Shown piece by piece: positions 46,277 through 54,782 of a stretch of 64,000 bases of DNA (its first letter is position 1; the number at the start of each line of letters is the position of its first letter). The DNA is from an uncultured Acidimicrobiales bacterium (GTDB lineage: Bacteria > Actinomycetota > Acidimicrobiia > Acidimicrobiales > Aldehydirespiratoraceae). Under the pieces are notes generated by a model. It was not told the origin of the DNA. It saw only the letters and a program-made list of their open reading frames with translations, and ran no database searches. The position numbers and the translations under genes are program-made. The DNA lies in NCBI GenBank assembly GCA_958296055.1, contig CATQHS010000001.1, forward strand, positions 1,396,277 through 1,460,276. Reading direction: 5' to 3'.

Positions 46277-47812
46277 ATGACCGCATCTGAGCTGTTGATC
46301 AAAGGGGCGGTCGTCCTCGACGTCGAGGGGCCGCTGCGCCAGGCCGACATCCGGGCCGAGGGCGGAGCCATAACCGAGGTCGGCCCCAACCTGGCCGCGG
46401 GGTCGGCTGAGGTGATCGACGCGGATCAGATGGTGGCGATGCCGGGGCTGATCAACGCCCACACCCACTCGGGCCAGAACCTCGACCGGGGGGCGGCCCC
46501 CAACCTGCCGCTGGACCTGTGGCTGATCTGGGCGGTGTACGGCAACGTGGCCCGCGACGCCGAGGACCGCTACACGCTGGCCATGGCCGGGGCCCTGGAG
46601 ATGCTCGAGTCGGGCTGCACCGCGGTGCTGGACCACGCCTGGATGCCGCCGTGGGACTTCGAGGCCCATGCCGAGGCGGTGATGAGCGCCTACGCCGACG
46701 CCGGGATGCGGGCCGGGCTGGCCCCCATGATCCAGGACCTGGACATTTTCGAGTCGATGTCGTTCGCGGCCGCCTCGGGGCCGGCACCCGAGCCCATGGC
46801 CGACCCGGTGGACCCGGCGCTGCTGCTGGGCGCCATGGCCGATTTCTTCGACCGCTGGCAGGGCACCCACCCCCGCCTCACCCCCATGGTGGGGCCCTCG
46901 GCCCCCCAGCGCTGCAGCCACGAGCTGATGGAGGGGCTGGCCGGGCTGGCCCGCGGCCGGGGGGCGCTGTTCCACACCCACGTGCTGGAGACCCGGACCC
47001 AGATCGCGGCCAACCGGGAGCGCTACGGACGCTCCAGCGTCGACTACCTCGACGACCTGGGGCTGCTGTCGACGGCCGCCAGCCTGGCCCACTGCGTGTG
47101 GATGGACCCCGACGAGTTCGCCGCGGTGCGGCGCCGGGGGGCCACCGTGGTGCACAACCCGGTCTCCAACTTGCGGTGCGGGTCGGGGCTGCTGCCGGTG
47201 GCCGATCTGCTGGAGGCCGGGGTGAGCGTGGCGGTGGGGGCCGACGGGGCCGCGTCCAACGACAACCAGAACATGTTCGAGGCCATGAAGTTCGCCTGCC
47301 TGATGCAGACCCTGCACGGGTCCCATCAGCGCTGGCCCCAAGCCCCGGCCGTCTGGGAGATGGGGCTGCGGGGCGGGGCCGCGGCCCTGGGGCAGCCGAT
47401 CGGCTCGCTGCGGCCCGGCAGCCGGGCCGACGTGGTGCTGTTGAGCACCAACCGCCACGTGCCGGTGAACCGGGACGGCTTGGTGACCAGCCTGGTGCTG
47501 GCCGAGCACGGCCAGTCGGTTCACACCGTGATCGTCGAGGGCGAGGTGGTGGTCTCCGCCGGGGCCTCCACCCGGGTGGATGAGGCCGAGGCCGGCCGGC
47601 GGTCCCGGGCCCTGCAGCAGCGCATCCACTCGGCGCTCCCCGAGCGCCAAGCCCTCTACGACAAGTACTCGGGCGTGCTCACCGAGGTCCACGACGACGC
47701 CATGGCCCAGCCCGCCCCAGTCGAGCGGCTGGCCCACATCACCCCGGCCTTCGGGCCTCGGGAGGCGGCGGCAGCGGGCGCCGGGCCGGACCCGGGCCCC
47801 GGAGGCCCTTGA
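46277..47812 (+). CDS. Amidohydrolase (second ATZ/TRZ-like paralogue)
   Basis: ATG 46277 follows GGAGAGAG. Motifs are PGLINAHTHSGQ, HTHVLET, VGADGAASND and IGSLRPGSRADV. Confidence 0.85.
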   Translation: MTASELLIKGAVVLDVEGPLRQADIRAEGGAITEVGPNLAAGSAEVIDADQMVAMPGLINAHTHSGQNLDRGAAPNLPLDLWLIWAVYGNVARDAEDRYTLAMAGALEMLESGCTAVLDHAWMPPWDFEAHAEAVMSAYADAGMRAGLAPMIQDLDIFESMSFAAASGPAPEPMADPVDPALLLGAMADFFDRWQGTHPRLTPMVGPSAPQRCSHELMEGLAGLARGRGALFHTHVLETRTQIAANRERYGRSSVDYLDDLGLLSTAASLAHCVWMDPDEFAAVRRRGATVVHNPVSNLRCGSGLLPVADLLEAGVSVAVGADGAASNDNQNMFEAMKFACLMQTLHGSHQRWPQAPAVWEMGLRGGAAALGQPIGSLRPGSRADVVLLSTNRHVPVNRDGLVTSLVLAEHGQSVHTVIVEGEVVVSAGASTRVDEAEAGRRSRALQQRIHSALPERQALYDKYSGVLTEVHDDAMAQPAPVERLAHITPAFGPREAAAAGAGPDPGPGGP

Positions 47813-47829
47813 GGACAGGAGGCGGACCC

Positions 47830-48840
47830 ATGACGGCATGGTTCGACAACGAGAACCCGGCGCTGCGCCACTGCTGGCACCCGGTGGCCCGCAGCGCTGA
47901 CGTCGGCGACGACGGGCCGGTCGGGGTGGAGTTGCTGGGAGAGCACTGGTGCCTGGTCCGGCTGGGCGGCGAGCTGGCCGCTTTCCGCGACGCCTGTCCC
48001 CACCGGCTCTCGCCGCTGAGCGCCGGGTCGGTGGAGGGCGCCACCCTGCGGTGCGCTTACCACGGCTACCGGTTCGCGGCCGACGGCGCCTGCGTGGAGA
48101 TCCCGGCGGTGGATCCCAGGCTGCCGGTGCCCAAGCGGGCCCGGGCCACTAGCGCGGCCGGGGTGGCCGAGCATCTGGGCCTGGTGTGGCTGGCCCCGTG
48201 CGATCCGGTGACCCCGCTGCCGGAGGTCTCCGAGCACGACGACCCGGAGTTCGTCATCTGCCCGCTGGACCCGTCGGACTGGAACGCCGGCGCGGCCCAG
48301 ATGGCCGACAACTTCTTGGACTTGGGGCATCTGCCCTTCCTGCACCTGGGCACTTTCGGCGAGGAGGACGACAAGATCGTCGCCGACTACTCCCTGGACC
48401 GCGACGGCTGGCGGTTCACCGCCTCGCACCGCCATCTCACCAAGGCCCTGTCCGACTCGCTGGAGCCGGGCGCCGACTACCGGACGGTGGAGCGGGAGCT
48501 GCTGTTCGTGTTCACCGCCCCCCACCACGTGTACCTGCGGATCACCTACATCGAGGAGGGGGTGGTGCTCACCATCAGCTTCTGCCACCAGCCGGTGAAC
48601 GCGGCCACCACCCGGCTCTACTGCACCGACTATCGCAACGACATCGCCGACGAGCCTGAGGCCCGGGCCGAGGCGGTGGCCTTCCAGGAGGCGGTGGCGG
48701 CCGAGGACAAGGCCCTGCTGGAGCGGATGCACGCCAAGGCGGTTCCGTTGGACGCCACCGCCGAGTACCACTCTCGGGCCGACCGGATCACCCTGGAGAT
48801 GCGACGGATGCTGGCCGACCTGGTGTCGGAGGCAGGTTGA
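47830..48840 (+). CDS. Rieske [2Fe-2S] oxygenase, single-component alpha (VanA/PaO-like)
   Basis: ATG 47830 follows AGGAGG. The Rieske motif is CPHRLSPL...CAYHGYRF. The non-heme iron region reads DNFLDLGHLPFLH. Confidence 0.85.
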   Translation: MTAWFDNENPALRHCWHPVARSADVGDDGPVGVELLGEHWCLVRLGGELAAFRDACPHRLSPLSAGSVEGATLRCAYHGYRFAADGACVEIPAVDPRLPVPKRARATSAAGVAEHLGLVWLAPCDPVTPLPEVSEHDDPEFVICPLDPSDWNAGAAQMADNFLDLGHLPFLHLGTFGEEDDKIVADYSLDRDGWRFTASHRHLTKALSDSLEPGADYRTVERELLFVFTAPHHVYLRITYIEEGVVLTISFCHQPVNAATTRLYCTDYRNDIADEPEARAEAVAFQEAVAAEDKALLERMHAKAVPLDATAEYHSRADRITLEMRRMLADLVSEAG

Positions 48841-48906
48841 GGCGCCGCGGGTTCGGGGGTGGTGGCTCCGTGAAGGCGGAGCGAGTTCGGTGGCGGTGGT
48901 AAGCCG

Positions 48907-49485
48907 GTGACGGCGGAGCGGGTCGAGGCGGGGGTGGTGTCGGGCCCCGACCAGTGGGGCTACTGGCACTGGCGGCCGAAGAAGGGCGGGGAGTCCCAAC
49001 CGCTCGACCCCGATCGGGTGGACCCGGGCTGGTTCAGCGGGCAGACGGTGGAGATGCGGGTGCGCCGGACCTTCAAGGGCATCGAGGTGGTCGGCCCGGC
49101 AACCGAGTCGGCCGGGGCGGCCGCTGGCGGAGACGACCCGGTGCTGTTGAACGGCCAGCCGCTGAACCTGCCCCCGAGCCGAGATCTGGAGCCGGGCGCG
49201 GTGGTGACCGCCGAGATCCCGTACTCGGCCCGAGACCCCGGCGACCCCGACCGCGAGTCCAAGCGGCGGCCCGTGGTGGTGGTGCGGACAGAGGAGGAGA
49301 TCGTGGTGGTGAGAGCCGTGTACAGCCGCAACACCGCCGGCCGAGGCCGCCGCCTGCAAAACCCCGGGCCGGCCGGCCTAGCCTCCGGCTCGGCTCTGAG
49401 CCACGACGACACCCTGGTGGCCCGAACCGAGATCAGCGCCCCCCAAGGCTTCCTCACCCCCGCCGATTTGCATCTGCTCCGGTGA
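48907..49485 (+). CDS. Hypothetical protein with a PemK/MazF-like C-terminal domain
   Basis: The C-terminal half reads PGAVVTAEIPYS....SKRRPVVVVRTEEEIVVVRAVYS......L.N....GL...S.L..D.....TEI. This follows the PemK/MazF SH3-like pattern. I cannot assign the roughly 95-aa N-terminal part. Confidence 0.45.
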   Translation: MTAERVEAGVVSGPDQWGYWHWRPKKGGESQPLDPDRVDPGWFSGQTVEMRVRRTFKGIEVVGPATESAGAAAGGDDPVLLNGQPLNLPPSRDLEPGAVVTAEIPYSARDPGDPDRESKRRPVVVVRTEEEIVVVRAVYSRNTAGRGRRLQNPGPAGLASGSALSHDDTLVARTEISAPQGFLTPADLHLLR

Positions 49486-49843
49486 CCCCGGCTTGGGCCA
49501 GTCTCCGCGAGCCCGAGAAAATCACAAGACCCGGACGATTCACTTCATCGGCTGGTTGGATTAGTCATCTTCCTGGCGGCTACTGTCTCGTTCTCGACCA
49601 CTATCGCGGTCGTTTCCAGCAACGGAGAGGGCGTTAATCTCGACGCCGTGATCCGCGAGATCGGCATTCCCACTCTGGCCGCGTCCGCTGGCGGTGGCGT
49701 TGTCGTCGCGGTCATCACTGCAGTAATCGCGGTCCCCGTCCTCAGATGGGCCGACTCACTTGTCATCCGGTCCCAATCGAAGGATCACCAAGACAGCCTG
49801 ACTCGACTCACATGAGGCGAACCGGTAATCAGCTCGTCTCGGT

Positions 49844-51019
49844 ATGACTGATACAAGCCGGGGTGGGTCGGCCAAGTACGGCGGGTATCCGGGGATTGTG
49901 GTCGGGGCGACGGTCATGGCCACGGTGTCGACCATCTTCCCCGGTTTTCTGGTCGGCGCGCTATCGGTGCAGATCAGCGGGGAGATGGGGGTGTCCGAGG
50001 CCGTCTACGGGTGGGGCCTGGGGTCGTTTTTCTTAGCCGCCACCGTGGGATCGATACTGCTGGGGCGGCTGGCCCAGCGGATCGGGCCCGGCAACCAGAT
50101 GACGGCGGCCCTGGCCGTCACCGCCCTCGTCCAAGTCGCCTTGGCCGCCACCGCCCGATCGTTCCTGACGGTGATCGGCTTCCTAGTGGTGGCCGGGTTG
50201 GCCAACGCGGCCAACCAGACTGCGGTCAACCTGGCCCTGGCCCGGGCCGAGCTGCCCCGGCTGGGCCTGGCCGTGTCGGCCAAGCAGTCCGGGATGCCGG
50301 CCGCCTCGCTGCTGGCCGGGTTCGCAGTGCCCGGGCTGGCCCTGACCGTCGGCTGGCGATGGGCGTACGTCACCGGGGCAGCCCTGGCCGTGGCCGCAGT
50401 GCCGGTGGTGCGGGCCGCGGTCGAGTCGGCGCCGACCGGGCCTCGAGCCCGGGCCGCCGCCCAGCCGGTCTCCTCGTTCCGGTCCCTGGTGATGGCCGCG
50501 GTGGCCGGCGGTTTCCTGTCATTCAGCGCCGGAACGCTCAACGCTTGGACCGTCGGCTCCGGCGTCGACGCCGGCCTGGACCCCGGCTCGGCCGGTCTGT
50601 TCCTGGGGATCGGAGCGGGCGCGGGGATAGTCCTCAGGATGGCCGGCGGCTACTGGTCCGACACCATGCGCCTGCGGCCGTTCCGGATGGCCGGGCTGAC
50701 CGGGCTCATCGGCGCCGCTTCCATCGCCGCCCTGGCCCTGCGGGCCACGGGGCCGCACGTGGCCTTCACCCTGTTGGCCTTCGGCGGCGGCTGGATCTGG
50801 CCCGCCTTCACCAACTTCGGAATCGTCCGCACCAACCCCGACGCGGCCGGGGCCGCCACCGGCGTCACCCAGATGGGCATCTACGTCGGCGTGTTCCTAG
50901 CCCCGCTGGTCACCGGCGTGCTGATCGAACAGTCCGGCTATCCGCTGATGTGGTTGACGACGGCCGCCTCCGCCGCCATCGGCTCAGTCATTGCCATCCG
51001 CATAGCCAACGAGTTCTGA
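49844..51019 (+). CDS. MFS transporter
   Basis: 391 aa with about 12 hydrophobic segments. An MFS motif-A-like sequence, GRLAQRIGP, is present. Confidence 0.85.
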   Translation: MTDTSRGGSAKYGGYPGIVVGATVMATVSTIFPGFLVGALSVQISGEMGVSEAVYGWGLGSFFLAATVGSILLGRLAQRIGPGNQMTAALAVTALVQVALAATARSFLTVIGFLVVAGLANAANQTAVNLALARAELPRLGLAVSAKQSGMPAASLLAGFAVPGLALTVGWRWAYVTGAALAVAAVPVVRAAVESAPTGPRARAAAQPVSSFRSLVMAAVAGGFLSFSAGTLNAWTVGSGVDAGLDPGSAGLFLGIGAGAGIVLRMAGGYWSDTMRLRPFRMAGLTGLIGAASIAALALRATGPHVAFTLLAFGGGWIWPAFTNFGIVRTNPDAAGAATGVTQMGIYVGVFLAPLVTGVLIEQSGYPLMWLTTAASAAIGSVIAIRIANEF

Positions 51020-51049
51020 TCCCCGGCGCACCCTCGTCGGACCGACCGG

Positions 51050-51463
51050 TCACACAACGACGACCTCGATCAGGCCAGTGAGCCCAATGAAGTCGTCGCC
51101 GTTGCGGGTATAGAGAGGCAAACGGGCGGCGAGCGCGGCGGAGGCGATGAGGAGATCAACGGCTCGGGCGCCTCGAGGTTTCCTCCCGGCCGCGGCGACC
51201 GCGCTGAAGACTCGGCCGTAGGCGCGGGCCGCGTCGGCATCGAAAGGAAGCGGGTTAAAAGTGGCTTCGGTGCGTTGGAGTCGGTCCTGCCGACGGCTGC
51301 GCTCGTCGAGATCGCTGGTGGCACCAGGACCGGCTGAGAGTTCGGCGAGAGTGATGGCGCTGATGGCCACTTCAGCCGGCAGGTGCGCGGGGTCGATCGT
51401 CTCGAGATCCACGACCACCGAAGTGTCGAGCAGTCCCCGTGGCGGCCTAGTTCGCTCAACCAC
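51050..51463 (-). CDS. vapC: VapC-type PIN-domain toxin (module 2)
   Basis: Motifs are LLDTSVVVDL, ..TLAEL.., VDLLIASAA and LYTRNGDDF. The gene overlaps the antitoxin by 8 nt. Confidence 0.88.
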   Translation of the reverse strand: MVERTRPPRGLLDTSVVVDLETIDPAHLPAEVAISAITLAELSAGPGATSDLDERSRRQDRLQRTEATFNPLPFDADAARAYGRVFSAVAAAGRKPRGARAVDLLIASAALAARLPLYTRNGDDFIGLTGLIEVVVV

Positions 51464-52031
51464 GGGGCGTCGGATCCTGGTCGGCTACGGCCTCAAGGTC
51501 GGCTCGAAAATCGTGATAGTCCATGCTCGGCGCCGACTGGAACAATCTCACGGCTGTTTCGGCCGCGACGAACTGGTGCCGCAACGGCACGAGCTCCCCA
51601 ACGGGAACGCCGTTGCGGGTCACGAGGAACATCTGGCCCTTGCCGAGCTCACTCAAGATCTTCCCGCTGTCATTGCGGAACTCTCGCGGGGTGATCTCCT
51701 TGGGGCCAGCAGGCGAAGCGACGCTCATAGTGCCGTCAAGGGCGGGCGCACCGTTGCCGTCGACACCGGGCGGGGGCGAGACGACGACGAAACCATCGAG
51801 ATGCTCCTCCACCTCGCAGCCCAACTCCCGCAAGAACTGCACGGCTGGAGATGGATCCGAACCCGCCTTCACGATCCCCACTCGCGAATCACCAGGGTCT
51901 CGGTGGGTCGCCACCTTGACGCCCTGCGGGTTGCGAGTTCCTCGGGACAACGGCTCGTTCGTCTCCGGGTCATACTCGGCGTGGAATCCGTTGGCCCGAA
52001 GTCGCTTGCCTAGCTTACGCTGAAAAGACAT
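51456..52031 (-). CDS. Extended Phd/YefM-family antitoxin (about 100-aa unknown N-terminal domain plus a C-terminal Phd/YefM domain)
   Basis: ATG 52031 follows GGAGG by 6 nt. The C-terminal 90 aa (ITPREFRNDSGKILSELGKGQMFLVTRNGVPVGELVPL) form the antitoxin domain. An internal ATG at 51728 would give a conventional 90-aa antitoxin. Confidence 0.6.
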   Translation of the reverse strand: MSFQRKLGKRLRANGFHAEYDPETNEPLSRGTRNPQGVKVATHRDPGDSRVGIVKAGSDPSPAVQFLRELGCEVEEHLDGFVVVSPPPGVDGNGAPALDGTMSVASPAGPKEITPREFRNDSGKILSELGKGQMFLVTRNGVPVGELVPLRHQFVAAETAVRLFQSAPSMDYHDFRADLEAVADQDPTPRG

Positions 52032-52219
52032 CAAAAACCTCCATAGGTCAATGTACTGAGAGATTGCCAATTCGGCAATTTCTTATGTAGCACTTCCGCT
52101 ACACAAATTCAACCTAGCAGCAGTCCTTGGGCCGCGCAACCCGCGCCGATCTGACCCGGCGATCTGACTGGCGTCTCCGGGGGGTTGCGGCCGGTGCGGG
52201 AGCGGGGCTATCGTCCCGC

Positions 52220-52233
52220 TGTAATCGATTCCA
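52220..52233. promoter_or_regulatory. LacI-family operator TGTAATCGATTCCA
   Basis: It fits the LacI/GalR consensus TGnAAnCGnTTnCA. It is the exact reverse complement of the site at 58867-58880. It lies 77 nt upstream of the binding-protein ATG. Confidence 0.6.
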
Positions 52234-52310
52234 CGCGACTCGGCGGGTTCACCGGCGGGCCGGTTGGCTGACTACGGCCCCGCCGACGGGCGGGAGAGGG
52301 GGCACTTCTC

Positions 52311-53792
52311 ATGAGCCGGTTCAACAAGTCCCGATTCCTGGCGCTGCTACTCGCGCTGACGCTGGTCGCCGCGGCCTGCGGCGGCAACGACGACTCGGGC
52401 GGCGACACCGCGCCCGATGCGTCGGGCGGCGACGACTCCTCAGGCGCCGCCCCGGCCCCCGACTCCGACGACGCGTCGACCGACGACGCCATGGCGACCG
52501 ACAGCGCCACGGCGACCGACGACGACATGGCGACCGACAGCGCCACGGCGACCGGCTCAGGCGACGACTCCTCGTCAGAGATGAGCGGGCCCGAGCCCGG
52601 GTCGGTCGAACTCGACTTCTTGGTGTTCGAGACCCCCAACCTGCCCGCCGAGTTCTGGGACGACGCCATCGACCGCACCGTCGCCGACTTCCCGCAGTTC
52701 TCGGTCAACAAGCTCGTGGCCCCCGACCTCAACATCGCCGAGTACCTGACCCAGCTCGCAGCCACCGACCAGCTCCCCGACGTGATGATGAGCAACTTCC
52801 CGACCGCGGACTTCATCGCCGAGGGCCTGCTGCTGCCCTTCGAGGAATCCGACCTGGAGCGGTTCATAGACCCGATCGGGCTGGGCTTCACCAACGGGGC
52901 CCAGTACGCCCTGCCCATGTTGACCGTTTACGAGTCGGGCGTCTTCTACAACAAGGACATGTTCGAGCAGGCCGGCATCGCCGAGGAACCCTCCACCTGG
53001 GAGGAGTTCATCGCCGCGGCCGAAGCCATCGAGGCCTCCGGCAACGCCCCCTTCGTCATCGGCGGGGGCGGCGACGATCGCTTCGCGGCGGGATGGCCGC
53101 TCATGAACCTGGTCACCCTCAACACCACCGGCGTCGACTCGGCCTTCAACGCCGGCCTGCGCTCCGGGGAGAGCAAGTTCACCGACCCGGAGTTCATGGT
53201 GGCGCTGGAGCGTTACGAGGACTTCGTGGCCCGGGGATGGATCTCGCCCGACGCCTTGAGCCTCGGCTACGCCGAACTCCAGCAGACCTTCCTCAACGGG
53301 GCGGCCGCCATGTACCCCATGGGCAGCTTCTTCGCCGGGGCCGTGCCTCTCGACCATCCCTTCGAGATAGGCATCTTCCCGATGCCGACGCTCGACGGCG
53401 CCAACCGCCTGGCCACCTACACCTCCGGCGGCCCCGCCATCTCCGCCGTCACCGAGAACCCCGAGCAGGCCCGGCTGTTCGCGGTGGAGTTCGCCACCAA
53501 CGTCGAGACCAACCTCGACGACCTCATCCGCGACGCCCACATCCCCAACAACAAGAACTTCGTGCTCCCCGACGACGTGGAGCTGCACCCGCTGATCACC
53601 GAGGTCATCGAGATCCTGGCCGACCCGACCGCCCAGCAGGTGGCGTTCTTCAGCTTCGAGGTGGGCGATGCCGCTCTGGTGGGCGGCTTCCAGAACGAGC
53701 TGTGGGTCCAGTCCCAGGAGCTGCTGGCCGGCAAGTCGGCGGCCGAGGTGGGCCAGGCCCTCCAGGACGCATGGGACGACCTGTCAAGCTGA
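52311..53792 (+). CDS. Sugar-type ABC transporter substrate-binding lipoprotein (family 1 solute-binding protein)
   Basis: The lipobox is LVAAAC. An acidic Asp/Ser/Thr linker follows, then a family-1 SBP pattern (..FNAG..G..KFTDPEF...). Confidence 0.85.
   Translation: MSRFNKSRFLALLLALTLVAAACGGNDDSGGDTAPDASGGDDSSGAAPAPDSDDASTDDAMATDSATATDDDMATDSATATGSGDDSSSEMSGPEPGSVELDFLVFETPNLPAEFWDDAIDRTVADFPQFSVNKLVAPDLNIAEYLTQLAATDQLPDVMMSNFPTADFIAEGLLLPFEESDLERFIDPIGLGFTNGAQYALPMLTVYESGVFYNKDMFEQAGIAEEPSTWEEFIAAAEAIEASGNAPFVIGGGGDDRFAAGWPLMNLVTLNTTGVDSAFNAGLRSGESKFTDPEFMVALERYEDFVARGWISPDALSLGYAELQQTFLNGAAAMYPMGSFFAGAVPLDHPFEIGIFPMPTLDGANRLATYTSGGPAISAVTENPEQARLFAVEFATNVETNLDDLIRDAHIPNNKNFVLPDDVELHPLITEVIEILADPTAQQVAFFSFEVGDAALVGGFQNELWVQSQELLAGKSAAEVGQALQDAWDDLSS
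52481..52552 (+). repeat. 36-bp in-frame tandem duplication in the linker of the binding protein
   Basis: gacgacgccatggcgaccgacagcgccacggcgacc is followed by gacgacgacatggcgaccgacagcgccacggcgacc. The peptides are DDAMATDSATAT and DDDMATDSATAT. Confidence 0.9.
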
Positions 53793-53810
53793 GCTCGAGC
53801 TGAGCCCCGG

Positions 53811-54782
53811 TTGAGAGCGGCCGGCCTCCCCGACCGGATCGGCCTCCGGCGGGGAGGCCCCTCGGCCGCCGCGCCGGCGGCCGAGGGCCGCAAGCGGCGG
53901 CGATGGAGGGCGGGCCTGCGGAGCCGCCGCTCGGGCGTCCTGATCATGGGACTGCCGGCCACGGCGCTGTTCGCGGCCTTGGTGGTAGTGCCGATAGGCA
54001 TCACCGCCTTCTACAGCTTCAACGACGTCAACTTCCTGCGAGACGAGATCTCCTGGGTCGGGCTCTCCAACTACACCAGGCTGTGGGGCAACGACGACTT
54101 CCGCCACTCGGTGTGGATCACCGCGGCCATCGCCGCCGCGGCCGCGGTGGTCCCCAACGGGCTGGGGCTGATGTTCGCGGTGCTCCTCGACGCCAAGTCC
54201 CGGCTGAACACCGCCCTGCGGGTCGCTTTGTTCGCGCCGTTCGTGCTCAGCCCGGTGGTGGTGGGCCTCACCTTCGGGTCGATCCTCACCGACAGCGGGC
54301 TGGTGAACGCCACGCTCAGCTCGATCGGCATCGACGGGCCGAGCTGGATAGGCGACCCGAACCTGGCGGTGGTGTCGGTGGCGGCGACGCTGATCTGGCA
54401 GCTCGTCGCCTTCGCCACCGTGATCTACGTAGCCGCGCTGCGGGCCATACCGACCGACCTGTACGAGGCGGCCGCCATCGACGGGGCCTCCGAGGGGCTG
54501 CGGTTTCGGCTCATCACCTGGCCGCTGGTGGCGCCGGCGGTCACCATAACCACGCTGGTCTCGCTGATCTCGGCCCTCAAGCTCTACGACCACGCCGTCG
54601 CCCTGACCGGCGGAGGCCCGGGCCGGGCCACCGAGACGGTGGGGCTGGCCATCATCCGCACCGGGTTCTCCCAGAACCGGGCCGGGATCGCGTCGGCCAT
54701 GGCCGTGCTGCTGCTGGTGCTGACCGCGGCGGCCACCGCCGTCTCGCTGAGCCTGCTGAGACGGCGCGAGGTGGCGCTGTGA
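53811..54782 (+). CDS. Carbohydrate ABC transporter permease (MalF/UgpA-like)
   Basis: There are six TM segments and an EAA-loop region (YEAAAIDGASEGLRFRLITWPL). The start codon is uncertain (TTG 53811). Confidence 0.85.
   Translation: MRAAGLPDRIGLRRGGPSAAAPAAEGRKRRRWRAGLRSRRSGVLIMGLPATALFAALVVVPIGITAFYSFNDVNFLRDEISWVGLSNYTRLWGNDDFRHSVWITAAIAAAAAVVPNGLGLMFAVLLDAKSRLNTALRVALFAPFVLSPVVVGLTFGSILTDSGLVNATLSSIGIDGPSWIGDPNLAVVSVAATLIWQLVAFATVIYVAALRAIPTDLYEAAAIDGASEGLRFRLITWPLVAPAVTITTLVSLISALKLYDHAVALTGGGPGRATETVGLAIIRTGFSQNRAGIASAMAVLLLVLTAAATAVSLSLLRRREVAL

Noticed and set aside
46291-46310. A TTGATCAA palindrome at the 5' end of the second amidohydrolase gene, considered as a further operator copy.
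   Set aside because: It lacks the 5-nt spacer geometry of the TTTGA-N5-TCAAA sites and lies inside coding sequence (codons for LLIKG).
45548-49359. Long minus-strand ORFs (45548-47839, 763 aa; 47656-49359, 567 aa).
   Set aside because: They lie antisense to two amidohydrolase genes and a Rieske gene with metal-binding motifs. They carry no recognisable domains and have a biased Gly/Arg/Pro/His composition.
49545-49766. A 73-aa minus-strand ORF in the spacer before the MFS gene.
   Set aside because: The product is Thr/Ala-rich with no features. It shares wobble positions with a plus-strand frame that encodes hydrophobic helices. Neither frame can be supported as a gene from sequence alone, so it is mentioned only within a low-confidence finding.
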